Positions 48,830-59,418 of a stretch of 64,000 nt of DNA are shown piece after piece. The notes below the pieces were generated by a model. That model was not told the DNA's origin, made no database searches, and worked only from the letters and a program-made list of their open reading frames with translations. A program made the translations under genes and the position numbers. This DNA is from Mustelus asterias (Eukaryota), in the NCBI RefSeq assembly GCF_964213995.1, contig NC_135818.1, forward strand, positions 76,694,001 through 76,758,000, in the 5' to 3' direction. Each line of letters opens with the position of its first letter. The stretch's first letter is position 1.

Positions 48830-49168
48830 AAATGGCACAGTGGTTCGCACTGCTGCCTCACAGTACCAGGGACCCAGGTTTGTTTCCCGGCTTGGGTCAC
48901 TGTCTGTGTGGAGTTTGCATGTTCTCCCCATGTCTCCGTGTGTTTCCTCCGGATGCTCCGGTTTCCTCCCACACTCCAAAGATGTGCAGGTTAGGTGGAT
49001 TGGCCGTGCTAAATTGCCCCTTAGTATCCAATGATGTGTAGGTTAGGGGGATTAAAGGATAAATAAGTGCGATTACAGGAAAGGGTTGGATGCTCTATCG
49101 GAGAGTTGGTGCAAACTCAATGGGCTGAATGGCCTCCTTTTGCGCTGTAGAGATTTGATGATTCTATA
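48830..49168 (+). mobile_element. HE1-type V-SINE
   Basis: Head, V-domain, CR1-like tail. Confidence 0.88.
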
Positions 49169-49254
49169 AAAGTACCAGTGATGAAACCCTGAAATATACC
49201 TCTTCTTCAAATTGTCCAAGAAACTCCATTATCTGAATCTGGCATTAACATCTT

Positions 49255-50330
49255 TTTCTTTTGTAGTCAGTCCCTCAGGAACAAGGATGACCTGCTTGCC
49301 CTCCGGTTCCATGGGTTCTGGGATGGCCGCAAAGTCCAATACATGATCTGCAGACTCTGCCAGCTGTGGGGCAGATTGTGCTTGAAGGCTTGAGTAGATG
49401 AGGTGTTTGGAGGTTTGTGCACGCCCTCCGATGCCTTCGCTTTGCCTCTGCATGTTTACAACAACATCTCCTGGTGTATTTGGTGCCTTAATGGCTGAAC
49501 CTTCTCCATTTTGGTCGAGCCATGAGCCATGAGTCCATGTCCTCTTCAGAGATTGAGGACATCCCGAGACCATCCCCGCTCTCCTCCTGGGAGTCTCCCA
49601 CTGTGACTGAGTAGAGCAGTTGTTTCAGCAGTCTGGTGTCATGTCCCACCCAGCGGGGCTGGGTTTCAGAATCACTGTCTCAACGTTAGGTATATTGGGC
49701 TTGGGCGAGAATGCTACCTTTCTCGTCATTAGATTTGGAGGATCTTGTGAAGGTGCAAGACTTGCAATACTTCTCCAGTGCCTGCTGTAGGTTGTCCAAA
49801 GTATGTAGGAGTGTGGGGATCACTGTTGCCTGGTAAAACATGACCTTAGTTTTAAAAACTTTATTCATGGGATTTGAGGATTACTGGCTGGGCCAGTGTT
49901 TATTACCCATCATGAATTGCCATTGAATTCAATGGCTTGCTAGACTATTTAAGAGTCTGTGGATCTGGAGGCCAGACCATGTCAGATTTCCTTTCTTCTT
50001 GAATCAGCTGAGATTTTATGACAATCATGGCTAGATTTTTAATTCCAGATATTTGTATTGAGTTCAAATTTCACCAGCTGCCTTGGAGGGATTTGAACTC
50101 GGGTCCCTGGAACATTATCCTGGGTCTCTAGGTTATTAGTCCAGTGACAATACCACTACGCCACCACCTCCCTTAAGTCTTGATTTTGTCATCCTGGTCT
50201 CTATTACTCAATACTTACTGGTTATATTGCACTGATACCGGCTCCATTCTCCCAGCAGAATCCGAACCACAGGAATGTTGGCTCCAACACACATCTTTGA
50301 TGTCCAAACGAGGACTAAAGAGAAACTTTC
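49255..50330 (-). mobile_element. RTE-clade (BovB-like) LINE 3' remnant interrupted by a tRNA-headed SINE
   Basis: KTKVMFYQATVIPTLL and the C-terminal TICPTAGRVCRSCIGLCGHPRTH motif on the minus strand. Confidence 0.7.
49855..50172 (-). mobile_element. Full-length tRNA-headed bipartite SINE
   Basis: Minus strand: gggaggtggtggcgtagtgg...gagttcaaatccc...gcaagccattgaattcaatggcaattcatgatgggtaataaacactggcc. Confidence 0.75.
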
Positions 50331-50698
50331 CTGAAGGTCCTCTGTAAATCACCAAAGGAAAATGTGCTATACTGGAGCAGCTCAGCTCACATGATGCAGA
50401 AACACCCAACCCATCATTGTGATGGCATGAAAATATTTAAGTATAAAATACTTCAAGTCTCGAAGTTGTTTTGCGATAATGGAACAAACTTTTCTGGTCA
50501 ATATCAAGCAAATAGTGCTAGCCCTTCATTGCACTTTCATTAGCCACACACATCTCTGTGAACCTTAGCACTGGAACTTCAATTAAAACTTAAAACCAGT
50601 GCGTTTCCCTGTGACAGGTGATGTGGGACATGTTTGAACTGGCCACATAAATGCAGCTCCTTGACTGATCAGAATTCAGAATCCTTTTGAGGCACTCA

Positions 50699-50921
50699 GA
50701 GTGGGATTTTCCAGTCGCGCTTTCCCCAAAACAGGAAAAGCCCACCTAAGATCAACGGATCTTTGCATGATTCTCCCCCCCCCCTCCACCCACTACAATT
50801 CCCGTGGCGGGCCAGATGGGAAAATTCCACCCTCAGAGCCTGCGAGAGGCGGACCATGGAAAGGTTCGTTGACCTCGGGTTTATATGGTTTCGGGACAAG
50901 CGAGGCTGTTAATTCCTGCCC
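50699..50921. mobile_element. Two adjacent Harbinger-type MITEs (50699-50832 and 50836-50921)
   Basis: Same family as 27408-27534; TCA at 50696, 50833 and 50922. Confidence 0.65.
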
Positions 50922-50982
50922 TCAGAGTCTGAACCAGGAAATATAAACTAGATGTGTAGATTAGAATAGTTGATTCAATAAA

Positions 50983-51422
50983 ATAAAGACTTGGATTTCT
51001 ATAATGTTTTTCACAACCTGCGAATGTCTCAAAGTCCTTTGTTGCCAATGACATACTTTTGAAACATAGCCACTGTTGGAGTGTAGGAAACTGTCAAGTT
51101 GCACATAGCAAACACCTCCGAGCGGCACTGTGGAATTAACCAGATCATCTGATTTGGTGATGTTGATTGAGGTATAACCATTTTCCAGGGGCAATTCTGC
51201 TGCTCTTCTTTGTGACAGTATGTGGGATCTTTTATGTCCTCCGCAGCAAGCAGATGGAGCCTCCATTTAACATTTTATCTGAAAAACAGCACCCTCTGAC
51301 AATGCAGCACTCCCTCAGAACTGCACTGAAGTGTTGGCCTTGAGCCTCGGAGTGCCTCTCGAATTCAGAACACCTCGTGAGTCAGAGGCAAAGGTGCTGC
51401 CAACCGGGTCAGGACTGGCACT
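50983..51422 (-). mobile_element. Deu-domain SINE
   Basis: aaagacttggatttctataatg...gcagcactccctcagaactgcactgaagtgt...gagtcagaggc; partial copies also at about 43748-43870 and 63790-63915. Confidence 0.7.
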
Positions 51423-51724
51423 GACAAATCCAAATGGTGGAAGGATTTATGAATTCCGCAACCCATGAAACCCATGGAGGCTGGTCCAGGCATCAATGGT
51501 GCTTCCTGGATGTCAGCATTCCACTGGATATCAAACCAAAATTAAGAGCTGGATCTCAGGTCTCCATTTAATTGCCATTTTGTCCCTCCGATACTTCCCT
51601 GCTCTCGGCTGGTCACCACTCCACCTTTGAGTCAGGGAATTTGACTTAAACTGCAAATGTAAACTTGCACACCCAACATTGTCCTGGGTGATCAATCACC
51701 ACGTTTACCTAGCATTTCACTGAA

Positions 51725-52428
51725 ATATAGAAGATAGGATCAGGAAGAGGCCATTTGGTCCTTCGAGCCTGCTCCGCCATTCATTAAGATCATATCTGAT
51801 CATCCAACTCAATAGCCTAATCCTGCTTTTTCCCCATAACCTTTGATCCCATTCACCCCAAGTGCTATATCCAGTCTTCTCTTGAATTCTTTCAATGTTT
51901 TGGCATCAACTACTTCCTGTGGTAATGAATTTCACAGGCTCACCACTCTTTGGGTGAAGAAATGTCTCCTCACCTCCGTCCTAAATGGTCTACCCTGAAT
52001 CCTCAGACTGTTACTCCTGGTTCTGGACTCCCCCACTATCGGGAACATCCTCCCTGCATCTACCCTGTCTAGACCTGTTAGAATTTTAAAAGTCTCTATG
52101 AGATCCCCCCACATTCATCTGAACTCCAACGAAAGCAATCCTAACCTAGTCGCGCTCTCCTCACACACCAGTCCCGCCATCCTCGGAATCAGCCTGGTAA
52201 ACCTTCGCTGCACTACCTCAAGAGCAAGAACATCCTCAGAAAAGGAGACCAAAACTGCACACAATACTCTAGGTGTGGCCTCACCAAGGCCCTGTATAAT
52301 TGCAACAATGTACTCAAAACCTCTCGCGATGAAGGCCAACATACCATTTGCCTTCTTTACCGCCTGCTACACCTGCATGCTTACCTTCAGCGACTGGTGC
52401 ACAAGGACACCCAGGTCCCGCTGCACAT
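51725..52428 (-). mobile_element. CR1 LINE 3' fragment
   Basis: GDLIETFKILTGLDRVDAGRMFP...FRTEVRRHFFTQRVV and [14 protein letters not shown]. Confidence 0.9.
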
Positions 52429-52499
52429 TGCAAAGGAGAATGACACCTCCGAATACTCCTTATATACACTGTCTCAGTGAGATCTGTGCAGATACTAAT

Positions 52500-53378
52500 T
52501 AAGACACCTCAGGATCATGAGGCCCAAAGTGGAGACTGTTTCAGCTCGACTCCATGGTGAAGGTGACAAATGACAATGGGCTGCCTTCGTTCCAAGGCAC
52601 CCGTGGTGAGAGCTGGACCTCTCTCTGCAACGCAATGTGTAGCTGCGAACATGCTTCACCGCCTCTGCACCCACCGCCTGTAAAAGGTGCAGTAACATTC
52701 CCCCAGACTCCCATCCATTCGAAGGAAAAAATTGGCACAAGTGTTCCGTATATCCCGTTTAAATTGGTACTGACTTTATAGCAAACATCAGTGTGTTGGC
52801 GCTTTTCCAGAATAATTTTAAACTAATACAAATTCAGATCCCATGAGCTAACGTAGAAAAGCAATGACCCATCAGATTTTGCAGTTTCAACACGCCGAAG
52901 GTTTCTAACTTTCCAAGAGGACGGAGCATTGAGCCTGAAACTGCCAAGATCCACAAGCTGGTTGTGGGAACTCACGCCAGTTGGTGCTTGGTAATTTGAA
53001 CCAGCTGTCAGCAACACACACAGACTCCCATTTGCGTTTTTAAGCGTACTTCCAGGGTGAAGTGTTCATTTTTAGCATTCTTTGTCCAATTGGTTTAACG
53101 CTGCATTGAAAGGGGGGCTTGAACGAGAACCAGGTGCTGCTCACTCCGAGACCAGTATCTCCGAGATAAGGTGGGGGGGCGGGGGGGAGAAAAAAAACTT
53201 GCGTGGAGGAAGGACCGTCAGCTTTTTACAAATTGAAATCCGGCAGCTACACAAATCTCAAAGGAGCCTATTAGAGAGAAAAGGGGAAATACAAGCAGTT
53301 CTGCCGAACATCTGTGCCCTGGAGTTTTAATTCTACTTTTCAGGGAAACACAACACTTGAATGAAAAAAATCAGGTAG
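52500..53378 (+). promoter_or_regulatory. Promoter-like unique region with a candidate short first coding exon (ATG AAA AAA ATC AG|GT, MKKI-R/S); possibly the 5' end of FBLN5
   Basis: No recognisable repeats, with scattered CpGs, CCAATTGG near 53086, a GC box near 53176, ATG at 53361 and tandem donors GTAGGT/GTGAGT at 53375/53379. The identity rests on recalled human synteny and exon structure only. Confidence 0.35.
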
Positions 53379-53565
53379 GTGAGTTCTGCAATAAACGACT
53401 GAGAACAGCTCATTCTCCAGGTTAACAGGGTACTCACCTTAGGAAGTGTGATTTTCTCTATAAGCTAGCCTATTGTATTAACATTGCTGGAGAATACATG
53501 TAAAATAGGGGTGTGGTGACATGGTAAATGATCTGTGTCAAACCCACAATTATCGTACCACGTAT

Positions 53566-53846
53566 TGTTTTAATCTCTATAATAGAGCGAGGGCAACTTG
53601 ATGAAGTTTCAACCATAAAGGCTTTATTGCCAATAGAATGTTTATATATATAAGATCATCAAAGTAAGACTAGACTAAAAGTGCGACTGCTCCTGTGTAT
53701 TCCCGGACAGCCACTCCTTGACCTGCGCTCTGCGCCCTCCTGCGGATTGCCTCGGCTTCCCGCCGGAGCAATCCATAGGATCCTCGCTGGTCATGTGGTC
53801 CTCGGAACATGCCCACCCCTCCCCCTTCAAAGGCCATGCTACTACA
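53566..53846 (-). mobile_element. Candidate short solo LTR
   Basis: Minus strand TGTAGT...TATATATA...AATAAAG...AAAACA; no TSD found. Confidence 0.4.
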
Positions 53847-53892
53847 ATCCTGATGATCAGAATATTATCAGATTCTGATCAGACTGAATGAT

Positions 53893-54132
53893 GGAATCCC
53901 TACAATGCAGAAGGAGGCCATTCGACCCATCGAACCTGCACCAACTCAGCATCTTAACCAGGTCCACACCATCCACTACAGCGAGGTTGGAGAGTTTGTC
54001 AGCCAGCCTATTCTCCATTCACTACCTGCCTGCCCAATCCCCGTAACCCCTAATCTACCTTGCCTACACAGCTTGGGACATTAAGGGGCAGTTTAGCAAG
54101 GCCAATCCACCTAACCTGCACATCTTTGGACA
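53893..54132 (-). mobile_element. HE1 SINE 3' part containing a 53-bp insert
   Basis: ggaatccctacaatgcagaaggaggccattcg...ccaatccacctaacctgcacatctttgga. Confidence 0.75.
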
Positions 54133-54465
54133 CAATTTATTTTATTCATTCAAGAAATATAGGCTTTGCTGGCTAGGCCAGTATTTATTGCCCATCTCTA
54201 ATTGCCCTTGAGGAGCTAGATTCACAATTAGTGAATCAAAAAATTATTTCCATATAAATTACTCCTGACACAAAATCAGGCTATAACTCTCATTTCTTGT
54301 ATACTTCAGCAGAAGACCTTAAATTTTTGAAATTGTTATTTAAAATTTTTAATCGGTTTGATATATTTTGGGCATTGGGCTTGACATTTTTCGAATAATA
54401 AAATTATTTCCGTAGATTGGCTTTTAATTTGCAAGAAAAAAATCAAATATTGTAATAAAAATGTC

Positions 54466-54601
54466 GGGTGCGATCTTACCTGCCGTTCACGCCACGCTCC
54501 CACTACAGCGAGGTTGGGGAGTTTGGCGGCCAGCCTATTCTCCATTCACTACAGTGAGATGGGAAAATCCCGCCGCCGTGAGCGGTGGTAAGATTGGAGT
54601 C
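54466..54601. mobile_element. Harbinger-like MITE
   Basis: gggtgcgatcttacc / ggtaagattggagtc imperfect TIRs; internal ggaaaatcccgcc motif shared with the other MITEs. Confidence 0.5.
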
Positions 54602-54654
54602 AAAGTATTGCAGAAAATGTGGAAAATAATGTGCATCCAAGTATAACATCTATT

Positions 54655-54785
54655 CAGAACAGAAAACGCTCGAAGTACTCAACGGGTCAGGCAGCATCTG
54701 TGGAGAGAGAAACAGAGTTAACGTTTTGAGTCGAATATGACTTTTTCGGAACACGGTATCAGGATCTGTTCTAAAGAAGGGTGTT
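54655..54785. mobile_element. Penelope-like terminal fragment (family B)
   Basis: acagaaaacgctcgaagtactcaacgggtcaggcagcatctgtggagagagaaacagagttaacgttttgagtc. Confidence 0.6.
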
Positions 54786-54876
54786 TGGTTGCACATTATT
54801 AATGAAAAAGCAGCATTCAGTGACCCATAGTTTAAACCTATCTCAGTGCTTCCTTAGTCAGCCAGAAAGCTGAGAT

Positions 54877-55530
54877 GGGGGGAGGTGATGGCCTAGTGGT
54901 ATTATCGCTAGACTATTAATCCAGAAACTCAGCTAATATTCTGGGGACCTGGGTTCGAATCCCACCACGGCAGATGGTGGAATTTGAATTCAATAAAAAA
55001 TAATCTGGGATTAAAAGTCTGTGATGAGCATGGGACCATTGTTGATTGTCGGAAAAACCCATCTGGTTCACTAATGTCTTTTATCGAAGGAAATCTGCCA
55101 TTCTTACCTGGTCTGGCCGACATGTGACACCAGAGCCACAGCAATGTGGTTGACTCTCAACTGCCCTTGAAATGGCCTAGCAAGCCACTCAGTTGTATCA
55201 ATCACTACGATGTCAATAAAAAGGAATGAAACCGCACAGACCACCTTGCATCGACCTAGGTACCGGAAAAGACAGCGGCAAAACAAACAGCCCCGTCAAC
55301 CCGGCAAAGTCCTCCTTACTAACATCTGGGGGCTAGTGCCAAAATTGGGAGAGCTATCTCACAGACTAGTCCAGCAACAGCCTGACAGTCATTTTCATGG
55401 AATCATACCTTACAGATAACACTCCATTGTCAACCCTGGATATGACCTGTCCCACTGGCAGGAGAGGCCCAGCAGAGGTGGCGGTGCAGTGGTTGACAGT
55501 CAGGAGAGAGTTGCCCTTGGAATCCGCAAT
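54877..55530 (+). mobile_element. 5' end of a tRNA-headed LINE: Pol III A/B boxes, 5'UTR and APE endonuclease N-terminus (frameshifted)
   Basis: A box TGGCCTAGTGG 54889-54899, B box GGTTCGAATCC 54952-54962; peptides LLTNIWGLVPKLGELSHRLVQQQPD / VIFMESYL / PGYDLSHWQERPSRGGGAVV. Confidence 0.75.
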
Positions 55531-56065
55531 GCTCTATGATATAGTTCAATCATTCCAAAGAGTTTGTGTGGTTTGACCTGCCTGGCGTTAGCTTGGAATT
55601 GCTGCCCTTATTCATTTTAAATTGTTATCATTTGTTCTGTCTTTCCTCATTGCGTAAGCCTGTTTATAATTCCCAGGACCACACTTCTGGCTGCTTGTAA
55701 AAATTGGAACGCTATTCATTCTCAGATTTCTGGCGCTATCGCTGGATTTAATGAGGCTTGAAAATATCCCACTGCAGGTCCAGTTATCTGAATATTCAAC
55801 CACTCCAGATTTTTTTAATGACCATTTTGTAACTAATCTCTGTGATCTCCAGGATTTTGCAAGCTGGCAAAGTGGCAGTCATGTGGAACCAAACAAATCC
55901 CCTTCCCGCTCGCCTACACATATGTCTCAGATTACAGAAAAGAGAGTCGTCAGTGATGCTATGTAACAGCAGGGATTGGAGGTCAGACTCTACCTTCAGA
56001 ATTGGCAGTGACATCGCAGGCATGGCTTATGGTTTATCAATTTCTTGAGAAATGCAACAAAGTTC

Positions 56066-58065
56066 ATCATGAACAGATGAATTAGGAGCCGGAGTAGGCC
56101 ATTCAGCCCCTCAAGCTTGCTCGCACGATGGCACAGTGGTTAGCGCTGCTGCCTCACAGCACCAGGGACTCCGGGTCAGTTCCAGCCTTGGGTCACTATT
56201 TGTGCGGAGTCTGCACGTTCTCCCCGTGTCTGCGTGGGTTTCCTCCAGGTGCTCCGGTTTCCTCTCATACTCTGAAAGACGTGCTGGTTAGGTGCATCGG
56301 CCATGCTAAATTCTCTCTCGGTGTACCTGCACAGGCGGCAGAGTGTGGCGACTCGGGGATTTTCACAGTAACTTCATTTCATTGTAATATAAGCCGACTT
56401 GTGACACTAATAAACTTTAAACTCATGGCTGAACTGATTGTGGCCTCTACTTTCCTATCTACCTCCTCCCCCCCCCATCTACCTTTGACTTCTTTGTCAA
56501 TCAAGAGTCTATCTAACTCAGCCTTAGAAATATTCAATGACCCTGCCTCCACTGCTTTTGATTTGATTTATTATTGTCACATATATTAACATACAGTGAA
56601 AAGTATTGTTTCTTGCACGCTATACAGGCAAAACATACCGTTCATAGAGAAGGAAACGAGAGAGTGCAGAATGTAGTGTTACAGTCATAGCTAGGGTGTA
56701 GAAAAAGATCAACTTAATGCAAGGTAAGTCCATTCAAAAGTCTGACAGCAGCAGGGAAGAAGCTGTTCTTGAGTCGGTTGGTACGTGACCTCAGACTTTT
56801 GTATCTTTTTCCCAAAGGAAGAAGGTGGAAGAGAAAATGTCTGGGGTGCGTGGGGTCCTTAATTATGCTGGCTGCTTTGCCGAGGCAGCGGGAAGTCAAT
56901 GGACAGAGTCAATGGATGGGAGGCTGGTTTGCGTGATGGATTGGGCTATATTCACTACCTTTTGTAGTTCCTTGTGGTCTTGGGCAGAGCAGGAACCATA
57001 GCAAGCTGTGATACAACCAGAAAGAATGCTTTCTATGGTGCATCTGTAAAAGTTGGTGAGAGTTGTAGCTGACATGCCAAATTTCCTTAGTCTTCTGAGA
57101 AAGTAGAGGCGTTGGTGGGCTTTCTTAACTATAGTGTCGGCATGGGAAGACCAGGACAGGTTGTTGGTGATCTGGACACCTAAAACCTTGAAGCTCTCGA
57201 CCCTTTCTACTTCGTCCCTGTTGATGTAGACAGGTGTATGTTCTCCTTTACGCTTCCTGAAGTCGATGACAATCTCCTTCATTTTGTTGACATTGAGGGA
57301 GAGATTATTGTTGCCACACCAGTTCACCAGATTCTCTATCTTATTCCTGTACTCTGTCTCATCATTGTTTGAGATCCGACCCACTATGATGGTGTCGTCA
57401 GCAAACTTGAAAATCGAATTGGAGGGGAATTTGGCCGCACAGTCATAGGTGTGTAAGGAGTATAGTAGGGGGCTGAGAACACAGCCCCGTGGGGCACTGA
57501 TGTTGAGGATGATTGTGGAGGAGGTGTTGTTGCCTATCCTCACTGATTATGGTCTGTGAGTTAGGAAGTTCAGGATCCAGTTGCAGAGGGAGGTGCCGAG
57601 GCCCAGGCCACAGAGTTTGGAGATGAGTTTCGTGGGAATAATAGTGTTGAAGGCTGAGCTGTAGTCAATAAATAGGAGTCTGACATAGGTGTCCTTGTTA
57701 TATAGGTGTTTCAGGGTTGAGTGCAGGGCCAGGAGGAAACCCACGCATTTGCTGTGGACCTGTTGCGGTGGTAGGCAAGCTGTAGTGGATCCAGTTAGTC
57801 CGGGAGGCTGGAATTGTTTCGCGCCATGACTAACCTTTCGAAGCACTTCATAATGATGTCCACTTCTGCAGAAGAGAATTCCACAAACCAACGACTCCCT
57901 TATAGACCAGAAAATTCCCCTCATTTACGTCTTAAATAGGAGACCACATATTTAAAACTAAGTCCTCAGGTTCTAGTCTCTCCCACAAGGGGAAACATCC
58001 ATCAGCACCTACCCTGTCAAGTCCCCTCAGGATGTCTCAATAAGATCACCTCGTATTCTTCTAAT
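56066..58065 (-). mobile_element. CR1 3' remnant hosting a V-SINE (56122-56420, +, type B tail) and a Rex1/Babar LINE
   Basis: The host pieces 56066-56121, 56421-56556 and 57859-58065 are colinear. Confidence 0.75.
56557..57858 (-). mobile_element. Rex1/Babar-like LINE, 5'-truncated RT region
   Basis: [49 protein letters not shown]; frameshifts and stops; approximate TSD tccactgct / tccacttct. Confidence 0.92.
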
Positions 58066-58452
58066 AGGGGGGAGGAGGGGTGGAGGGGAGGGGGGGGAGG
58101 AGGGGTGGAGGGGAGGGGGGGGTGGAGGGGAGGGGGGGTGGAGGGGTGGAGGGGAGGGGGGGGTGGAGGGGAGGGGGGGAGGAGGGGTGGAGGGGAGGTG
58201 GGGGGAGGAGGGGTGGAGGGGAGGGGGGGTGGAGGGGAGGGGGGTGGAGGGGAGGTGGGGGGAGGAGGGGTGGAGGGGAGGAAGGGGGGAGGTGGGGTGG
58301 AGGGGTGGAGGGGTGGAGGGGAGGGGGGGAGGGGGGGAGGAGGGGTGGAGGGGAGGGGGGAGGAGGGGTGGAGGGGAGGGGGGGGTGGAGGGGAGGAGGG
58401 GGGGCAGGGTGGGGTGGGGTGGGGGGGAGGAGGGGGGCGGGGTGGGGGGTGG
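58066..58452 (+). repeat. G-rich low-complexity repeat (GGAGGGGT/GGAGGGGA)n
   Basis: About 385 bp of almost pure G/A/T with G runs of 4-8. Confidence 0.95.
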
Positions 58453-59115
58453 ATGAGCGGTGGAAGAGCAGGAGGGAGTGGGGCCATGGAAGGCGAGAGA
58501 AATACCAACTAAGCGACAGCTGACAACTTCCCGATGTGAAAATAAAATTTAACAGATTACCTCTTTTTGCAGAAGCCGCAGCAATAGTGGGCACCGGGAA
58601 GGTGTCCAATGTTGCTATGACAGCGAAGGGACAGGAGTTTGAGGAAAGAGGAGGCTGTAGGGTTTTGATTTTAAATGGCTGTGTAGCCTGATAATGTCTA
58701 TCACAGAACAATGGATTGTAACAAGGTGGAACATAAAATGTTTTGTTGTTGATGTTACCTCCCTTTCCTCCTCCCCTGAGCCTGAAATGAACTACCTGGC
58801 TGTCCAGATATCGCTGGGAGACTGTCACTAATAGGTAAAAATCATTCTGATCCAGGATTCCTGCTGGATTGGAAAGTCCAACCTTTAATGTTAAATGTGT
58901 ACTTCCATTTTCATATTCTCCACAAAACTATGCAGTAACCTGGGGCAGGATTCTCCCATTTGTGATGGAGGGTGGCTCCGATGGTCCTCATCCCACTGAC
59001 CAGAATGGTGGGATCCAGCGTCAGATTCTGTGCTCGGAGCCTCATTAATTATGCACAGGCAGGTAAAATTCTGGCCACCTAGTTTCTGGAGTTTGTTAGA
59101 ACAATCACGTATAAG

Positions 59116-59418
59116 TGACATGGTAGCACAGTGGTTAGCACTACTGCCTCACAGTGCCAGGGACCTGGGTTCGATTCCCAGCTTGGGTCACTGCCTGTGT
59201 GGAGTCTGCACGCTCTCCTCGTGTCTGCGTGGGTTTCCTCCGGGCGCTCTGGTTTCCTCCCACAGTCTGAAAGACGTGTTGGTTAGGTACATTAGCCATG
59301 ATAAATTCTCCCTCAGTGTACCCGAACAGGTGCTGGAGTGTGTGACTCGGGGATTTTCACAGTAACTTCATTGCAGTGTTAATGTAAACCTACTTGTGAC
59401 ACTAATAAATAAAGTTTA
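59116..59418 (+). mobile_element. V-SINE, type B tail
   Basis: Head, V-domain, type B tail. Confidence 0.88.

Noticed and set aside
54877-54975. tRNA gene (and similar A/B-box heads elsewhere)
   Set aside because: No convincing complete cloverleaf or terminator; the head continues into retroelement body sequence and recurs in SINE copies.
55726-55777. Possible exon 2 of the downstream gene (phase 2 in: FLALSLDLMRLENIPLQ)
   Set aside because: The phase fits, but the peptide is too charged for a signal peptide and the donor GTCCAG is weak.
56896-57543. ALKBH8-N-terminal-like host protein
   Set aside because: The KKAHQRLYFLRRL segment is part of the Rex1/Babar RT C-terminal region; the copy is frameshifted and repeated in the window.
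58017-58828. Pro-rich and Gly/Arg-rich ORFs of 97-255 aa
   Set aside because: Artefacts of a G-rich simple repeat that lacks stop codons; no splice or homology support.
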